In this document: one piece after another, positions 14,841 through 28,978 of the stretch
Layout: each line of letters starts with the position of its first letter
Numbering within the stretch: position 1 is the first letter of the stretch
Source: Flaccisagitta enflata
Lineage: Eukaryota
Assembly (NCBI GenBank): GCA_965153355.1
Contig: OZ231126.1
Span: 39,618,001-39,682,000, forward strand
DNA: 64,000 bases
Direction: 5' to 3'
Notes under the pieces: generated by a model
What the model saw: only the letters and a program-made list of their open reading frames with translations
Told to the model about the DNA's origin: nothing
Database searches by the model: none
Position numbers and translations under genes: made by a program

Positions 14841-15068
14841 ACTAAATTTAGACGCATTATTCTTTTGATTTCTTGAAAAGGACAGGTGTCATTCAATCAT
14901 GATCACTAGAAACATACGCAACGCGAGCCGTCTTAACCTTGTTCGAAAGAAATGGATCGATTTCTACTTATAAATTGATCAGCAGAATATAATCATAGTG
15001 ATAAGAACGCAATGAGTGTGAAATGAAAGGTCATTATCAAACAATTTACTAAAATCAATTACTCAATT

Positions 15069-15402
15069 AACAAGCCCGACCGGGCAACGATGCGTCCGTA
15101 CTGTGTCTCTGTGTCCGGACGGATGGACGGACGGACCGACGGACGGATGGACCGACGGTCGGACCAACTGACCCTCTTATAGAGATGCGAGGACGCATTT
15201 AAAAAGAAAAACTGTACTAACACTAATTCGCTTTTTAGGAGAGTGTGAGAACAAGGCAGAATACACAACTACCCCAATCGCGTGCGAGTGGGCAAGAGCA
15301 GTGATAAAAATGATCACTAGGGCATTTGGCAGGAGTAGTGAGCTTAAAAAGGTCATAAACACCCAAAAAGTAACCTGGGGTGTAGATTCGCGTAGCAGGC
15401 GA
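15069..15402 (-). mobile_element. Two adjacent HINE-like family A-related copies (~15069-15200 and ~15250-15402)
   Basis: AACAAG starts, (GGAC)n in the first copy, and terminal hairpins ATGCGAGGACGCAT and TCGCGTAGCAGGCGAC. Confidence 0.55.
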
Positions 15403-15472
15403 CAAATAAATGTAGGACATTTTATCCCCACAGTTTTTTAAAAAATTATCTTGTAAATTTAAGCGTTGCTGA

Positions 15473-15577
<105 letters not shown>

Positions 15578-15792
15578 GATTGTTGTTGTTGTGGTTGTTG
15601 TTGCTGTGCTTTTTGAATTTCAAATAATCAAATGATGAAGCAGAAGAGGAAAAAGAAGAAGAACAAAAAAGAGAAAGAGAAAGAAGAACAAGAAGAAGAG
15701 GATCAAAAAGAAAAAGAAATTGAAAAAAGAAGAAGAAGAAGAAGAAGAAGAAGAAGAAGAAAAGGAAAAAGAAAAAGAAAAAGAAAACGAAA

Positions 15793-15823
<31 letters not shown>

Positions 15824-16892
15824 GAAAAGAAAAAGAAAAAGAAAAAGAAAAAGAAAAAGAAAAAGAAAAAGAAAAAGAAAAAGAAGAAAAAATCAAAGTA
15901 GGAAGAGGGAGAAAAAAGGGAAGAAGAATTACGTTGAAAGGGACCTTGAGAATTGAATGGCCAATCTCAAAATAGAAAAAAAAAGGAACAAAAAACGGAA
16001 TGAAAAAAGCAAAAAAGAAAAAAAAAAAAAAAAAGAGAGAGATAAAACAAATCGTTAACTTCATCAAAAGTGATATCGAACGTCCGTGAGGTGCAAATTG
16101 GAATCTCTGATTGATTCTGGTATGATGAAAAGAAAAAAAAAAACAACAGAAAAAAAAGAGAAAAAAATAATACAAATGTATTTGAAGTTAATTAAAACAA
16201 GAGCGTCTAGGAGTCGATACAAAACTGAAATGCATGAAAGTCATACGACATTACTACTAAACCCAAAGGCTAGAATAAGGACTAGAGCCTTAGGAGCTTT
16301 TACTGGTGCTTAATCAGGATCCTTCACAACTACCTGTATAATAAGAAAAAAATCACTCCAAACTTTACCAAAGGGCTATTTTTAAGAAAACAAATCAACC
16401 GCAAAAAAATCCATGATTGTCAACTATTTACATTTCAGTGCCAAGAAAGAGTACCAGATATCATGATATGTGTGTTGAGCTGTGCCTATACAGTCCTCGC
16501 ACCTATGCGGTCTTCCAATTATAAAAAGCTCTTAACACGCACAACCTTAGATTAAGCTTTGCCTCACCAACTAATTATAATCTAGCAAGTTACTCTGAGT
16601 CAACCCCAAACTCTATGATTTATAGTAATTATTTCCCAGTTAAGAGTCAGACACATTGCAGTACTTGTTTTGTCACAAAGCCGATCACAACAAAACATTT
16701 TCAACTTGACAATTTAGAAAAAACACTGTCTGATTCTTGTACTGACTTGTGATCATAGAATGAAAACAGACAGACGGACAAAGAGACTTCAGCGGGACAG
16801 ATCGACAGGTGATCATCGTCAAAATAATTGCGGTTTTGAGAAATTGATGTTTTGCAATTTTTATCGACTTATTGAAGGTGCGTGGAGAGAGA

Positions 16893-17024
<132 letters not shown>

Positions 17025-19641
17025 CTCGCCACAGCCGCCGCCCTCCATTTTAATAAATTGTAAGCCCGCGTCAAATTGCGTGGGTGTATGTAAGAAACTG
17101 GTTGAGGGGAGAAATGGATAGGATGGATGATGGTGGTTGGGGTTGGCTAGAGGTTGGTAAGAATCAAGCAGTGGTGGTCGGGATGGGAGAGAGATTAGAA
17201 GGGGTTGCGGAGTGATGGTTAGGGTGAAGGAAAGGGTAATGATGGGACGAGGTTAGGATCGGTGGAGTTAGGAGAATCGGAAGCGAACTGAATCATGAAA
17301 GGAGAAGGTAGAAGAGGTAAGTGTGGCGACTCTCTCTGGGGACGGGTGAGTTCAGGGAGGTGGGAGGGGTGCTTGAAGGAACGGTACGTGTGGAGGAGTG
17401 AAGCAAATTCCAGAAACTAATAGATTGATGAAAGAATGTGATAGAGAATTTTTATCATACACCTGCAGTCACGATGGTGAACATGATTTGTCACTTGATA
17501 ATGTTCAATATCTTTCCGTTATGATCTATTTCGTATAATACAATTATGTATGTTAATTACCTTCTTTGTACGTAAGTGCGACTCTGAAGAACTACTCCCG
17601 CAGGATTTGAGACATTGTGCGCAGTTCTTTGAGTGACTGAGACATTTAAGGCATTCTTTTTACTATTTGACATTTAGCATCCACACCGATTTTTTTTTCT
17701 TAATCTTTTTTTGCCCCTCACCTTTTATAAGTTCATCATTCCTTCGTCAATTCACTTAAAGAAAGGAAAAGAGATAAAAGTCAGTAGGATTAAGTCAAAG
17801 TGTAGAATTAAAATGGCTTCTGAGTGGGTGAGATTTTTGCGGAGTCGATTTGCAACAGTAACGTAATAGTACTTCGGCAGATCAAACGCGATGGTTGTTA
17901 AAGATGGCATGGTGGAATTGCGGCTTTTGCATTGCTGCCCCTGCCCAAGCGTCCACAACTGGGGTGCCGTGTATCCGGTTTTGTTTTGGCAAGGACGGTA
18001 CATCGACGTGATTGGAGTAGTGTAATTACGTTATTAAAGATAAAAATGAGAAAAAAAAGGGAAAAAAATGAGAAAAAAAAAAGAGAAAAGAATTGTGGTT
18101 AAAAAAAAATTGTGGTTTTTATGTTAACGTTGAGGTTTTTATCTTCTCGCGTGGGCAATTGAGAGGCCAGTGGGTTTTTGATTAGCATGGACCTTTTGAA
18201 AGGTATCAGCATTTTGTTTCTTTTTACCTTCGGTATTTGCGGTTAAATGGGAATGATTGTTTTGAGTGATTGATTTGTTAAGAGCGATTATCAATCCGTC
18301 GAGATGCAATTTTGTTGTAGTAGAATGTGGTCGAGGAACGGAAGAAGGCGTGAGAGGGGAAGGACAAGTGGGCGGAAGAGCAAGGCCTCGTGGGCGTGGG
18401 TTGATTTGCAAGGGGGAAATACCTGCTTCAAAAGAATTTGACTGCTTAGAATAGAATTTATGATAAAAAATTAATCAATCAATCAATCAATAAATCAATT
18501 TCTTTTTTTTTTTAAATAAATAACATGAATGAATGAATGAATGAATGAATGAATGAATGAATGAATGAATGAATGAATGAATGAATGAATGAATGAATGA
18601 ATGAATGAATGAATGAGAGCTTACATGTATTTTATAGCTGGTATCGGCCCGCCTAGTTCTAGCGATTAAAAGAAAAAAAGAGACATGGATATTGGATAAG
18701 TATGAGGCAAACAGTTTAAAGACGAGCCCAACACGGCGGCGGAAATGAATGCAACTTGCATTGATTTGACTCTTTCAGGTTTGGTAGGAAGTGGTGATCG
18801 TGTAACTTGTCAAACGATTGACTTTCGATGACACATTCGTCACCGGTGTACGTGCGTAACAGGCCTAACAGGAGAAGGAAAAGACGAAGGAGGGGGTGAA
18901 GGTGTAGGAGGTCCGGTTTAGGAATCAAATATCAATTTAATCAAACATTTCTTTTTTTCAGAAGAGAATTTCTTTCTTTTTTTTTCGACTAGAAGTCAAT
19001 CAAACTTTAATCAAATTGGCTGAGAAGATTCCACGGCGTGTTTTTTTTTTCTTTTTTTTTGTGGGCTTATTTACGGCCCGCGCAAAATGTGTAGGACGTG
19101 CTATGCATTTTTTGCGCCGATTTACAACTTTACAATTTACATTCTTAACTTGTACGTTTACCGAGGTGAGGATGTCAAGTCTCAAGTGGTCTGTAGAAAC
19201 GGAGCGAAAGTGAATCGTGCTTCTCATAGGTAAGGAATAAACGGGGCATGTATATATCGTTGATATATCGGTTTGTCATAGTTGATACATGGTAGTTGGC
19301 AGTTGTTGATTAAAACAAATAGTTTGTAAATCAAGACAACGTCATAGATGTAAACAATCGTCGTTGGTCAGTGTCAGTGACGTAAAACATTACCGGACAA
19401 TTTGGCACGTACACGGTCAGACGTACCGACAGACTGACTTCCAAAGTGACTTCAAGCGACGCCTGCTCGCTTGTTGAATACAAATGATCTGCCAGTACAG
19501 TATTCGATTTGGTTTTGACTAAATCAGCCTTCAAGGAACACTTATCAGTCTTCAGGTACTTTGAGACCGACTGATGGCCGGACCGATGGATTGGCCAAAA
19601 AAAAAAAAATAGGCTCATGAAGTCGCGTGGAAGGTAATTGA

Positions 19642-19770
19642 AACAAGACCGTATACACGAGCCGAAGTCGCGTGCGGGTGGGCAGGAGCGGCGAAAAAGC
19701 TAAGGGTTACCGACCGACCGACCGACCGACAGACGGACAGAGTGGGTCATAGAGTCGCGTGCACGCGACT
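19642..19770 (-). mobile_element. HINE-like element, family A, short intact copy
   Basis: Perfect terminal palindrome AGTCGCGTGCACGCGACT, internal AGTCGCGTGC sub-TIR, (ACCG)n, flanked by A-runs. Confidence 0.75.
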
Positions 19771-21720
19771 AAAAAGATGTAATATCTAAGCGGGAGTTTC
19801 CTGGGCTCATCCGTGGGCGCTGCCGTGATTCAAGAAACTCAAGACGACCAAAGGCGAGGCCAAGGGCGATCCAGCAGAGATTTCCATCATCTTCGGTGGG
19901 TGGCCAAATCTGAAATCAAGGCAGGTCTCTCTCTATTAATCAAATGTTAAATCCTCCGTATTTCTAACTTCACCCACACTTATGGCTCGCTTCTAGAACG
20001 TCATCATCGTGAAGGGGGGATTTTCAGAAGTTGGTCTTGTAGTTCTCTCATTACATTTTTCTTTTTCTTTTTATCTTATTGGTCCTCCCACACGCAGCTG
20101 GTAATAAGCGCCCTCTCCGACCTTGCTTTTCCTTCTCCCTTAAACCCTGGATTTCGTATGAATTACTCTCTTTCCAATTTCGTTTTGATCATGAACAAGT
20201 TTTAAGTTCATTTCTGATTCCCCTCTTATCTTTGAGGGCAGTGGCCCCAAAGAGCTTCCTTCTTCAAGAACGCTGGTATAACATTTCATATGTTTGTTTT
20301 ACTATATATCCAAATCTCCTTAATTACCTTATTGAGCTAGAAAATTGATAAAATTTGTGTTCTGAATGTCTGATGATGACGGACAAGCACAGCTCAAAAC
20401 AATGTTTCCAGCATTCAATTTCTAAATCAAATTTTCAAGTACAAGCTGAAATTGGATGTTGACCAGCCTAAAGACAGAATCGTCCTTTCACATGATCAAG
20501 AGCCATTGTAAAGTGAAAAGATAACAAAAGTGATATCCATGGCATGATGGCAAAAGAAAAACCCTCAACTACTATCTAGAGCATAATCATAAAGACAAGC
20601 GTTTATAACAATAACTCTGGTTAGAATAACAAATCTATACAAAAATCAGTGAGATTTGGAAACTACTTCAAATTTCTCAAGTAATGCCGCAAACCGCATC
20701 TGGCTAGCTCAAGCCATTTAGAAATGACAAACAAAACAAGATTGATACCTCAAATGAAAAATAGCAAAAATATTGTATCTTGATTTCTGCAATAGATATT
20801 ATAGTCATTCTGGGAATAGATAGATGGTGTTTTATCTAATTTTTTATCCCTGCTACAACGCCAAACACTTGTTACATGTTCCTGTTTGATTCCAGCTCTA
20901 TTCAATCATTGTGGTTGAAAATAAGGCTTAGGGGAGCTCCTAGAATAGACTGAGATGAATGATCTTAAACAATTTTCCAGGAGATGAGAAACATAATGCA
21001 TTTACACCTAAAACTTATTTGGAAATGTCTAAAAACCCATATTCAAAGAGTTACTGTTTATTGAAGATGTAAAACTACATATATAACAGATTTTAGAGGT
21101 TCTGTTAAGATTATTTTTGAATAAACTAGTCAAGTAGTATACTTTCTATATACTTTTGCTCTAGATAGTAATGCCTTGAACTCTGCAAAATCCATGACCA
21201 TTTGAAAGCTCCTCAAAAAATTTTCAAAGTGTAATTTTCCTGGTCAATCTAGCTTTATTCATTTAGAAATGTCATAGATTTGAAGAAAAATATCGCAGTT
21301 TAAGAAAGTGCAAATTTCAATTTCTTCCACAAAGCAAATTTAGTCTTTTCATATTTCTCAATGATTCAACTCACGGTTATCAAAACTTCTCAATATCTAT
21401 GAGCAAATTAAAGAGCCTCAAAGTTTCTTTAAAATGGCACCAAGAACAAATTTTTTATTCATTGCGTTCAAATTCTATGCTTAAGTAAAATTATGAAAAT
21501 CCTGTGATGAATTTACAATTTTTTGCCCGCCTGTCTTCATCTTGATGCTATTTCTAAACAACAAATGCAAAGACAACCAGCAAGGTGTCATTTTAATGAT
21601 TTTTCACAGAGCTTCAAAACTGTCATGCATTATGTCGTTTTCCTCATTACTTCAATGTGAAATATATTTGTTCATTTTTTTCTTCGCCTTAGTTATAAGG
21701 CCCCAAAGCCCATACTTTTT

Positions 21721-22072
21721 GGGCAGCGGCCCCAAAGGGCCAATGTCCCGTAGGACACAGGAGTATTTTCCTTCAGTCCTTCTTTCCGTCCGTCCATCCA
21801 TCCATCCGTCCCCCCCTCAAATCAGCTCTTCGGTCCTCAATTCTGCCCCTCGTACCAAAAATCTGCTCTTCAGGTCTAAAATCCGCCTTCAATTACCCCC
21901 CATGTCTTACTAGGCCTGATACATTCCTCCTCAGGACGTCTGGAAATTCACCCTTGTATCCTACAGGACATAGGTCTTTTGGGGCCGCTGCCCTGCTCTC
22001 ACTCCACTACTTCAATGTCTCACTCAAAGCAGGGCATCGGGTACCGCTGACCATGTGCAATCCTTGGATGAC
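21721..22072 (+). mobile_element. HINE-like element, family B
   Basis: TTTTT|GGGCAGCGGCCCCAAAGG...TCTTTTGGGGCCGCTGCCC inverted repeat, (CCGT/CCAT)n, and 3' CAGGGCATCGGGTACCGCTGACC...ATCC-TT-GGAT hairpin. Confidence 0.7.
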
Positions 22073-22959
22073 TAGTTCCTCTGTAGCTTTGACTTCATTT
22101 TAAGGAAAATTTTGGCTTGACGATTGTATTACGTGCATGGTTGGGATTTTAGGTCCTAAGGCTCAGCTAAGGTTATTAGGCCTGAGGCTGGATTTACTAT
22201 GAATTTTGGTCTCACACGAGGATACATTTCGAAGATCTCTATCCTTATTTATTTACCTGCCCTCTAACAACGGTATTTTTCCAGTTCAACTTCTTTGTTT
22301 TGCTTGCCTCAAGTTGAGATTCTAAACTGTCCAAGCATTGAACGTTTAGTTTGAACACGAAAATCTTGGCCTCTGGTCCCAACTGCGGGCCGATAGACGG
22401 ACATCCAAGCCCAAACGCCAATTTTCCTGTCTCCAAATCACCATTAAAGCTTAGATGCCATCATTCTAGAGAGACAGTTTTTATGTTAAGCCGAAAAACG
22501 GTAACTGAACTTGAGTTTCCAACTGCCATCGCACACTAGAAAATGATTGGAGCTGTGTGACAAACTCGGGTTTTCCATCTCCGACAAATTAAGTAAAATA
22601 CCCATGTGATGGCTTCGTCGTAAAACTAAAAGAAAGGATTATTCTAGATTTTGAGCAGGATCTTACTGAGTGCCGAACAAGGACATGGTTTTACAACAGG
22701 ATGATGATATTGGATGTAAATTAATGCTAAACTTCATAATGTGGTTGAAAAATCGATTTACATGTGTTACTAACTCGTTACATGTGAGACAAGCTGCCAA
22801 TAAAACGCCGTGGTAAACAGGATGGTGATATTAAAGTCCAACGGCCTCGCTGTTTACAGACAGTATACGATTGAAGCTTAAGATGCATTTAGTAGATTTG
22901 GTAATAACCCTTATCTTTTATCCAAGCTATTTGCGTTTGATTATTATTAGCCCTGGATA

Positions 22960-23515
22960 CCGGGGTGGGGGTTGGGAGGTCATAGGTGTCAGAAACTTAT
23001 GTAATTCTACAAACTGCCCCCATTTATCATAATAGAAAGACTTGCAAAGTTTCATGACCATCTGACAAGTCCCTGATAGGGCCGCCACCCCCCCCATTTT
23101 AAAATGGTAAAAAGGTTTACAAAAATTTGCTCCCATTGAATCCTATGATGACAAGGAACATCTCAGAAGGTCATGAAACTTGGAACATCTTTTTATCATA
23201 ATAAATGGGGGTAGTTTGTAGAATGACATACTTTGATTGTAACTTTTGTAAGATATTTTGTGTATGCTGGATGGTGTGGGTCTGTCCGACCCTATTCTGG
23301 TGAGTTATGCAGTCAAGCTGATAGTTTTGTCAGGTAAGCATTTTGTTTGTCAATATTAAAGGATAGTTGTGAGCAATCCGGAGTAAACACCATTGAAAGC
23401 TTGCAAGGCTTTCATCCTTTGTAAATTGGAGAATTCTGGCCTCCTTTTGTAAGGGCAATGTTGTTTCAACTTTCATAGGTTTCTGAGACCTAAGACTTCA
23501 ATACCCCCACCCTGC
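22960..23515. mobile_element. Old degenerate palindromic MITE-like remnant
   Basis: ~22997-23070 is the diverged reverse complement of ~23160-23230. ~22961-22996 pairs with ~23477-23511. Confidence 0.5.
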
Positions 23516-25620
23516 TGGATACTTACGTTTCACGTTCACTTTCAAGAACAGCCCAAAAACCAAAACCATAACCAACAGACGAATAGGCCAATCGATTATG
23601 AGGGCTTGAAACGTGCACGACATTTAAGAATTATATTATCTAACACCCTTTTTGTCAATCTGTGTAAGCCGGTGAAGTAAGACAGAGGGGCCGCGCCTTT
23701 ATAGACTCCCCTTCCTCGCGTACGCCTCTCCCAATAAAAAAAAAACCTCTTCTGAAGGCTCATTTATGATGAATAACAATTTTTTTTGTTTCGTTAGATG
23801 TGACATAAATCAACTCATTTATTATCCAGATAAGCTATAGAGGACCATATCGGTTTTAGCCTGTATGACTACGTGTAAGTCTTTTTTATCACTAGTTCCC
23901 CAGTGGCTGAAGATAATATACGAATGCGAATCAATCGATGAAAACGAAAGGCCCATAAATAAGAAACAGAATCTAGGTCTCCACCTTGCCCCTCCTCATT
24001 CTATCGGAAACCGAAATGTACGGAAAGAATCTCGTCCCTCCTGACCTTTCTCCCGATGCATAAGTATAGGAAGGGGGTAAATGGTGGCCCAGGTTTTGCC
24101 TAATCTGATCAGCCCGAAAGTTTAGTCAGTGTCTCGTATCCAAAACTATCAAAGGAGGCAGGAATCCAGAGGGCACAAATAATCAGAGCACGTTAACTCA
24201 ATTCGCTTGTGACAGGTTGTTGATCTAATTCTGAATATGCCCGCCTGCCGTTTCCAGAGATATATATTTTCTAATGCTTTTTATTGATAAAGGATAGTTG
24301 TGAGGGGTCCGGATTAAGCACCATGGAGAGTTCCCAAGACTCGTCCTTTGTTTTTATGTATCTTTTTAAAGGGCAATGTTGTCACAAGTCATATCATCTA
24401 ACTGCCCAAATTACGTCTCAACCCTTTCTACTAAGCCACCTCCCATCTTTTACCACCTCTTTCTAGTTTTCGACCACACTTGACACGATCGACTACATTG
24501 TCCCTTTTTTTTGACCACCAGCCTAACCACATTCTTACTCTTTTTTCTTATCATTAACATCTGATCCATCTTTCGCCTATGACGTCATTACTGCACGTAT
24601 GAAAAAAGACGCACTTTTAAAATTGCCTATTATAGCCGGGACTCCTGCCCAAATATCTGTGTAGCCTGCTCCTGTCCATCGACGCGCGACTTGGCTAGCT
24701 GTCTGTCCGGCCTTGTTTCGTTTAGAGATGGCAGGAGTTTTAATGAAAACTTTGCCCATATTGTAAAACGTGCATTCTGAAAAACGTGCATTCTACCAAC
24801 GTGCATTCTAGCAAAATAGACCTCCTCTTTGAAGGGCTCTAGCTTCTAAACCGTTTGAGATCTAGATACAGATTGGTCCGGAATGAATGATTTCTTGAAA
24901 ATCTCCAAGAATGTCTCACATTGAAAAAAAACCTTTATTTGTGGTAACTGTTTCATCTAGGAATAAAAAGGTGCCCCTTTTTTTTTGCACGCGTGGTACG
25001 CTATATTGATTTCACTCTTAAGCTCTTTGACCACCACACACTTTTTTTCCTATTTACGCCCGAGGCCTCAGACGTCAAAGACATGATTTTAAGTTACGAC
25101 CTTCGATATTTGTAAATTGCAATTTATGTGAGGTCAAGTTGAGAGAATAAGAAACATGCGCGTTCCGCCTCGTGACCAAACTTGTCAGTACAACGAGTGT
25201 TTTGCTCTATCTTCCTCTTTTATTTGGCACGTTCTTTTTCATTCACTTGAAGCAAATATTGCTCATAAATTCCGTGCCAGTGGGTAAGTATTGAGCGGAC
25301 AAGCCATTTTTTTTGGTAGGCCTCTTCCGTCCATCGGTCTATCTGTCCGTCTATCTGTCCCTCCGAATGAAAAAAAAGTATAAAAATGCATTTCCCCCCT
25401 GCCCCCATCCGCGACGGTATCGCAACCCCGGAATACTTGTCCTCTTACCCACCGGCCTTTCAATGCCAAAATGTTACACCGTCTGCGCATCTGTGTATCC
25501 ATCTTGTTGGATCAATTTAGCCAGTCTGTCTCTCTTTCTCGATGCGCAATGATACATTGTAAGGTTGACTCTGACTTGGGGAAAACGTCAGTGAAAAAGA
25601 GTTTTAGGAAGAAGTCGTAG

Positions 25621-27163
25621 CACCCATCCCTAGATACCCTCCTAAAGAAAATCGAAATACCCATTTTTTCTGATTATGTGTTTTCACTCAAGTAACATGT
25701 GGGTTACTCAAAAAAATAAAAAACGAAAAAATTCGCTTGAAAATTTTGGATTTTTTGCCATTTTTAGGCAAAAAAACACTATATTTTTCTTTTTTTTCTC
25801 TCTAAATCCGTAGAAAATGTTAGTTATGCCCCTGTGAGCCATGGAATTGATAGGTATAAATGAAACACACTAGCTGACATGCATAGTTACTAGTTTGAAG
25901 CATTTTTGGTTCAATAACATCAAAAAATCACAAAAACAAGGCCGGATACACGGCAATCCAGTCGCGGACGGTTGGGCAGGAGCAGTAATGCAAAAACCGC
26001 TCGGAATTCAAAAATGTGACGGACTGACCAACGGACGGACCTACCGACATACCGACCGACACGGCAAGGTGTAGAGTTGCGTGTCCGCGACTAAAAAAAG
26101 CAAAAAAAGCTATTTTTTTGTATTGTTACGACTTTTTTCACTTTTAACTAACAAGAAATGTTAGTTGTGCCACTGTGAGACATAGAATTGATAGGCATAG
26201 GTGAAACACACTGGCTGGTATGCAAAGCAACTAGTTTGAAGCATTTTTGATTCGTTATTAACTAGATTGTCACAATAAAGTCACAAAATTAACTATTTTT
26301 TTGCATTCTTTACTTTTAACTTTGAAAAAAACTTTAAAAATGTTATCAATTTTTGTGAAAATATCAAAGAGCCCTCTTGGCAAGGTTTCATTTTCGTTAG
26401 TTCCAGTAAATAGAGCTCATATCCTATACAAAAATGTAAAAAAAACCTAATGCAGTGTTGCTTTTTATCTGTTCTTGCTATGAGAAGGCAGTGGGGTCTT
26501 TTCTGCTCTTTTCAAGCTGATTTTGGAGCAGTTACTTGATCAAAAACTCATCGCACATGCTGTTATGCTTACCCTGGATTCTATTTTACTTATTCTATGA
26601 CTTACAAGAGCATTTTTAAAGTTTTTTCAAGGTTAAAAGTAAAAAAATGATTATTTTTGTTTTTTTAGGTGACTTTTTAACTAATAACAAACAAAAAATG
26701 CTTCAAACTAGTTGCTTTGCATACCAGCTAGTGCATATCACCTATGCCTACCAATTCCATGTCTCACAGTGGCACAACTAACATTTTCTATTGGTTAAAA
26801 GTAAAAAAAATCCTAAAAATGCAAAAAAATAACCTTTTTTGCTCTTTTTTTGTGATTTTTAAAATGTTAATGAACCAAAAATGCTTCAAACTAGTTACAA
26901 TGCATGCCAGCTAGTGTGTTTCATCTATGCCTACCAATTTCATGGCTCACAGGGGCATAACTAACATTTTCTACTGATTAAGAGAGAAAAAAATGCAAAA
27001 AATAGTGGTTTTTTGCCTAAGAATAGCAGAAAATCCAAAAATTTCAAGCGGATTTTTTTGTTTTTTATTTTTTCGAGTAGCCCACATGTTACTTGAGTGA
27101 AAACACATAATCAGAAAAAATGGGTATTTCGATTTTCTTTAGGAGGGTATCTAGGGATGGGTG
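25621..27163. mobile_element. Foldback MITE with ~550-bp inverted arms, CAC...GTG ends and a 4-bp TSD (GTAG); Chapaev/CMC-like
   Basis: gtag|CACCCATCCCTAGATACCCTCCTAAAGAAAATCGAAATACCC ... GGGTATTTCGATTTTCTTTAGGAGGGTATCTAGGGATGGGTG|gtag. The arms stay complementary inward to ~26350 and ~26605. No ORF. Confidence 0.85.
25935..26092 (-). mobile_element. HINE-like family A copy nested in the left arm of the foldback MITE
   Basis: Near-identical to 35688-35849. Absent from the mirror position in the right arm (~26840-26860). Inserted in an A/T run without a TSD. Confidence 0.85.
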
Positions 27164-27979
27164 GTAGAATAAGTGTTACCTTTTTTTCCCACTTTTTCAT
27201 TAAAGAAAGTTTGTAAAGCATCAAAACCAATTATTCTGAAGACTTATGATGTCCACAGTTTTATTCAGCGTCCTCACTTTAGTCTATGGACTTAAAATAT
27301 GTTTCGAGCCAGCTTATCAACCCCCGTTGATATCGCCGCCTACATTTATCAAAACGGAATCAATCGTATCTCTCTGGCAATGGCACTGAATAAGGTGTTT
27401 TCACAAATTCTTAGCCATGTAATATCTCGAAACCGGCATCGTCGTAAACTTCATCTGACGTATGTACCCACCTCTAATTTAACGCAGATTGGTAGTGGGT
27501 GCCTCATCATCTCGGATACCGGATGGTGCTTTTGTTGCGTGTAAATGAATAGTGAGGGAGAGGGAGGGGGGAAGGAGGAGAGGGGGGTGCTTGAAACTTT
27601 TACGCGATTGATCCATAAAACAGGAAATTGTTAAAAAGGAGGCGTTTAATTTCTTCAGTGACGTAAAAGTAAGTTTATAGCCACAACAAAATAACAAACA
27701 GTCCGTCGCGTCAATATGGACTTTGAAGTGTGAACCGGTTCAATTTTTCGTTAAAAAGAAAAAAAATTCCATTTCTTCGTCGAGAAAACACTGATTGACT
27801 TTTGTGGTGGTGCCCGTTCAACACTAGAAACTTCCGAAATCGTCATTAACTGATATAACACGCCCTTCAGGTGACTCTACCACTCCACTTTCTTTTTACT
27901 AGCTACTCTAACGTACATAATAATTTGAGAGTTTCCATTATCTATCGTTTGGAAAAAAGTCGAAGAGACGAAGTCCCTT

Positions 27980-28710
27980 CGGTCTTTTTGAGTCCTGCAG
28001 AGTTTTTTGGATTTCCCTTTTTCTCATGAAGCGTTTGGGAAAGTTGGTAAGCTTTTGGGGCCAAATGGTACTACGCATGAAATTAATAGCTAAGAAAGAT
28101 CTAATTCTCCTCTTTCAGATGACGCCAAGCAGAATTCTGTGTGATCGATAGTTTTGAAGCTATGATTTTTTAAATCTTTTTTTGTTTTTTCGCATTTTTT
28201 GCATTTTTCCCAAAAACGAGGAATCAAGTTAATTGAAGTTTATTTGAACTTTGAAATGTCCCAGGTGATGATTGTGCGTCCTGGCAGCACAGTCTTGCTC
28301 TCATTTCAACTCAGTCCATCCATCAGTCTGTTGGTCTGTCTGCCTGTCTGAGTGGTAGGGGGTTGGATGCTTCTGTCCACCTGTCCGAAATGATTTGAAG
28401 ATTCGAAGACTTTTTGAGTTCCGCGAAGAAAAGTTGTTTTCCCTTTTCCTCATGGGGAGTTTGAGAAAGTTGATCATTTTTTGGGCTCGAATGGTGCTAC
28501 GCATGAAATTAATAGCTAAGAAAGAGCTAAGTCTCCTCTTCCAGATGACGCCAAGCAGAATTCTGTGCGATTGATAGTTTTGGATAGTTTCTGAATCTTT
28601 TTTATTTTTCACATTTTTCGCATTTTTCCCAAAAATTAGGAATTAAGTTATTGAAGTCTATTTGAACTTCAAATTGTCCCAGATGATGATTGTGCATGCT
28701 GGCAGCAAAG
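27980..28710. repeat. Diverged direct duplication of a ~300-bp segment (~27980-28290 and ~28405-28710)
   Basis: CTACGCATGAAATTAATAGCTAAGAAAGA...CAGATGACGCCAAGCAGAATTCTGTG occurs at ~28071 and ~28497. Confidence 0.85.
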
Positions 28711-28876
28711 TCTCTCACTCTTTTAGTCGTGGAATCTATAAGAGGCTTTGTTCATCTGTCCATCAGTCCATCCGTTGGTCTGTTGGTCCATCAGTCTATC
28801 CAGGGGCGTATTTGATGGGGCATCAGGGGCAGCAGCTGCTGCCCTGTTTGTTGGGGCACAAACCCCATCGGGACAC

Positions 28877-28978
<102 letters not shown>

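Noticed and set aside
19642-19770. tRNA-derived SINE or tRNA gene
   Set aside because: No cloverleaf or A/B boxes and no TSD; the hairpin and sub-TIR layout fits Helentron derivatives better.
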